From assembly GCF_000621645.1 (NCBI RefSeq), contig NZ_JHXR01000049.1, positions 1 to 6,131 on the forward strand: a stretch of DNA of 6,131 nucleotides. Reading direction: 5' to 3'. Of the stretch, positions 4,912 through 6,131 are shown in pieces. The translations under genes and the position numbers were made by a program. Below the pieces are notes generated by a model, which saw only the letters and a list, made by a program, of their open reading frames with translations, had not been told where the DNA came from and ran no database searches. The DNA comes from Vibrio cholerae ATCC 14035. Lineage in GTDB: Bacteria; Pseudomonadota; Gammaproteobacteria; Enterobacterales; Vibrionaceae. Positions within the stretch are counted from its first letter, which is position 1. Every line of letters starts with the position of its first letter.

Positions 4912-5786
4912 AAACTATAGTTTCCGTTTCAAATTTCAGTTTAGATTCGTGCAAGTTTAGTAGTTTTATGGAGATAGATACATCGCTTTCCAAGTTAAAA
5001 AATGTCCTATCATTATTTAATCAAGAGAGCGTAGAGTATTACGCAGGTAATGACATTTTAGAGCATAAAGGATTTGGGCTATCGTTTATTGAACAGGCTA
5101 ATAATTTCTCTTATGCTGGTGATAAAGGTGTACAAGCATATCTATATAGTAAGTTATTTCAATCATACTTAAATGGTTTTACTCTTACTTTTTCTACAGA
5201 TGAATTAATGGAGAGAGCAAATAGATTTGTGCTAGAGGAATGCAATGAAAGCTATATCTTATACGCTCCTTGTTTAAATGTTTACAGAGTCAATGTTATT
5301 AATAGTGTTGATGACTTTTATTCTCACTATGAGAATTTATTAAGTAAATACCCAGTCGATGAGCATAGTTATTACAATCGAGCTAAAAGTCATTTTAAAA
5401 AAATCACTTTTCATTCTGATTGTGGTGATACCCTAAAGTGTATCGGTGATGGCGGTATAAAAAACTTTTCAATTGCAATAACGAAGTGCTTAAAAGCCCT
5501 AAATGAATATCAAGCACAAATGAAAATCCCTGAGGATTTAACTATATTAGGTGGTTTGGCTGGGTGTGACTGTACGACACAGGGTAAGAATGGGAAAGAT
5601 GATATGAAGTTTATTTTCCCTGAAATTTCAACAAAAAATGAAGTTAATTGTGAATATCATTTAAAACCTTACAGTAGTAATGATCCAAAAGATAATAAAT
5701 ATTACCAAAAGCGTATTTATTTTACTTTTGCCAATGTTGGTGGGTGTATCAAGACTTTTGTTGCTAGCATTGGACCTCATTTATAA
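4908..5786 (+). CDS. Hypothetical protein (orphan; third gene of the coupled operon), with a C-terminal Cys/His cluster
   Basis: 292-aa ORF. Its ATG overlaps the ATPase stop in ATGA (4908-4911), and AGGA at 4901-4904 can serve as the Shine-Dalgarno. Its AT-rich composition resembles its neighbours. I recognise no family. The C-terminal third contains HSDCGDTLKC (from 5412), GCDC (Cys codons at 5565-5567 and 5571-5573) and NCEYHLKP (Cys codon at 5649-5651). Confidence 0.65.
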   Translation: MKTIVSVSNFSLDSCKFSSFMEIDTSLSKLKNVLSLFNQESVEYYAGNDILEHKGFGLSFIEQANNFSYAGDKGVQAYLYSKLFQSYLNGFTLTFSTDELMERANRFVLEECNESYILYAPCLNVYRVNVINSVDDFYSHYENLLSKYPVDEHSYYNRAKSHFKKITFHSDCGDTLKCIGDGGIKNFSIAITKCLKALNEYQAQMKIPEDLTILGGLAGCDCTTQGKNGKDDMKFIFPEISTKNEVNCEYHLKPYSSNDPKDNKYYQKRIYFTFANVGGCIKTFVASIGPHL

Positions 5787-5796
5787 ATATAAAAAT

Positions 5797-5820
5797 CCGC
5801 CTTCTTAGAAGGCGGTTTTA
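5797..5820 (+). terminator. Rho-independent terminator ending the three-gene operon (bidirectional-looking)
   Basis: ccgccttc (5797-5804) pairs with gaaggcgg (5808-5815) around the loop tta. tttta follows at 5816-5820 and an A-run precedes at 5791-5795. The structure starts 11 nt after the stop at 5784-5786. Confidence 0.8.
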
Positions 5821-5826
5821 ATATAA

Positions 5827-5843
5827 GCCCCCTAAAAGGGGGC
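5827..5843. repeat. Subterminal hairpin, probably the right end of the IS200/IS605-family element (may also terminate tnpA)
   Basis: Perfect inverted repeat gccccc-taaaa-gggggc, 10 nt beyond the tnpA stop codon (5854-5856 on the minus strand). IS200/IS605 elements have subterminal hairpins instead of terminal inverted repeats. Confidence 0.5.
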
Positions 5844-5853
5844 CACGACGCTG

Positions 5854-6131
5854 TTAGTCTCTCAATAACTCTAACTGCTGCTCTTGCTCAAGCTCTTTTT
5901 TGTCTTGATGCCGTACATACCGTCTAATGATTTCTTCATTTACACCTACCGTATCCACAAAATAGCCTCGCGCCCAAAAATGATTTCCCCATAACTTTTT
6001 CCTGATATGTGGAAACTTGTTGAATAGCCTAATTGCACTCCTACCCTTTAAAACTCCCATCAACGTCGAAATCGATACTTTGGGCGGAATTATCGCAACT
6101 AAGTGGACATGATCTGGCTGAACATTGAGTT
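5854..6131 (-). CDS. tnpA: IS200/IS605-family Y1 (HUH) transposase TnpA, C-terminal ~92 codons; the 5' part lies outside the window
   Basis: The minus-strand translation continues beyond the ORF-track start, whose first M is really an internal TTG Leu codon: ...LNVQPDHVHLVAIIPPKVSISTLMGVLKGRSAIRLFNKFPHIRKKLWGNHFWARGYFVDTVGVNEEIIRRYVRHQDKKELEQEQQLELLRD. It contains the HUH motif (HVH) and the W.RGYFVDTVG block that matches E. coli/Salmonella IS200 TnpA (FWCRGYYVDTVGKN). The frame stays open to the window edge. Confidence 0.9.
   Translation of the reverse strand, partial: LNVQPDHVHLVAIIPPKVSISTLMGVLKGRSAIRLFNKFPHIRKKLWGNHFWARGYFVDTVGVNEEIIRRYVRHQDKKELEQEQQLELLRD

Larger units (their letters stand above)
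5821..6131 (-). mobile_element. Partial IS200/IS605-family insertion sequence (right end plus the 3' part of tnpA)
   Basis: A tnpA fragment plus an adjacent subterminal hairpin. The exact IS end cannot be fixed without the other end or a second copy, so the lower boundary is approximate. Confidence 0.7.

Noticed and set aside
1-6131. Scan for CRISPR-like regularly spaced repeats, tRNA/rRNA genes and long direct or inverted repeats flanking the island
   Set aside because: I could see no regularly spaced repeats, no cloverleaf-like GC-rich segments, and no convincing long repeats shared between the left (333-480) and right (5787-5853) edges.

Overview
This window looks like a low-GC accessory (defence-type) island. 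It lies between a GC-richer housekeeping gene remnant on the left and an IS200/IS605-family insertion sequence on the right.

Left to right:
1. 28-279 (+): only the last ~83 codons of guaC (GMP reductase), with its rho-independent terminator at 305-332. The guaC frame is closed by stops at 7-9 and 16-18. Bases 1-27 are AT-rich and not guaC-like, so this is a 5'-truncated fragment sitting at a junction.
2. 333-602: a 270-nt intergenic region. It holds a near-consensus LexA/SOS box (459-478) that overlaps an extended -10 promoter element, and a perfect 14-bp palindrome (399-412).
3. 603-1754 (+): a C5-cytosine DNA methyltransferase with all the canonical motifs but no ATG start. A strong bidirectional terminator follows at 1755-1780.
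4. A tightly coupled three-gene operon with 8-nt and 4-nt start/stop overlaps:
   - 1878-3794: a 638-aa protein with a central DUF262/ParB-like (GmrSD N-terminal type) domain behind an unassigned ~250-aa N-terminal module.
   - 3787-4911: a 374-aa ABC/AAA-type ATPase of the DUF3696 kind.
   - 4908-5786: a 292-aa orphan protein with a C-terminal Cys/His cluster.
5. 5797-5820: a terminator, followed by an IS-end hairpin (5827-5843).
6. 5854-6131 (-): the 3' part of an IS200-type tnpA, running off the window.

The best candidate for a new or poorly described system is the methyltransferase plus DUF262 / DUF3696-ATPase / orphan cluster. From memory, its core resembles the domain set reported for Menshen (NsnABC), but I cannot verify that here. 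Three things do not follow from that assignment: the N-terminal module, the adjacent separately transcribed C5-methyltransferase, and the SOS box.

All family calls come from motif recognition by eye. No database search was run.
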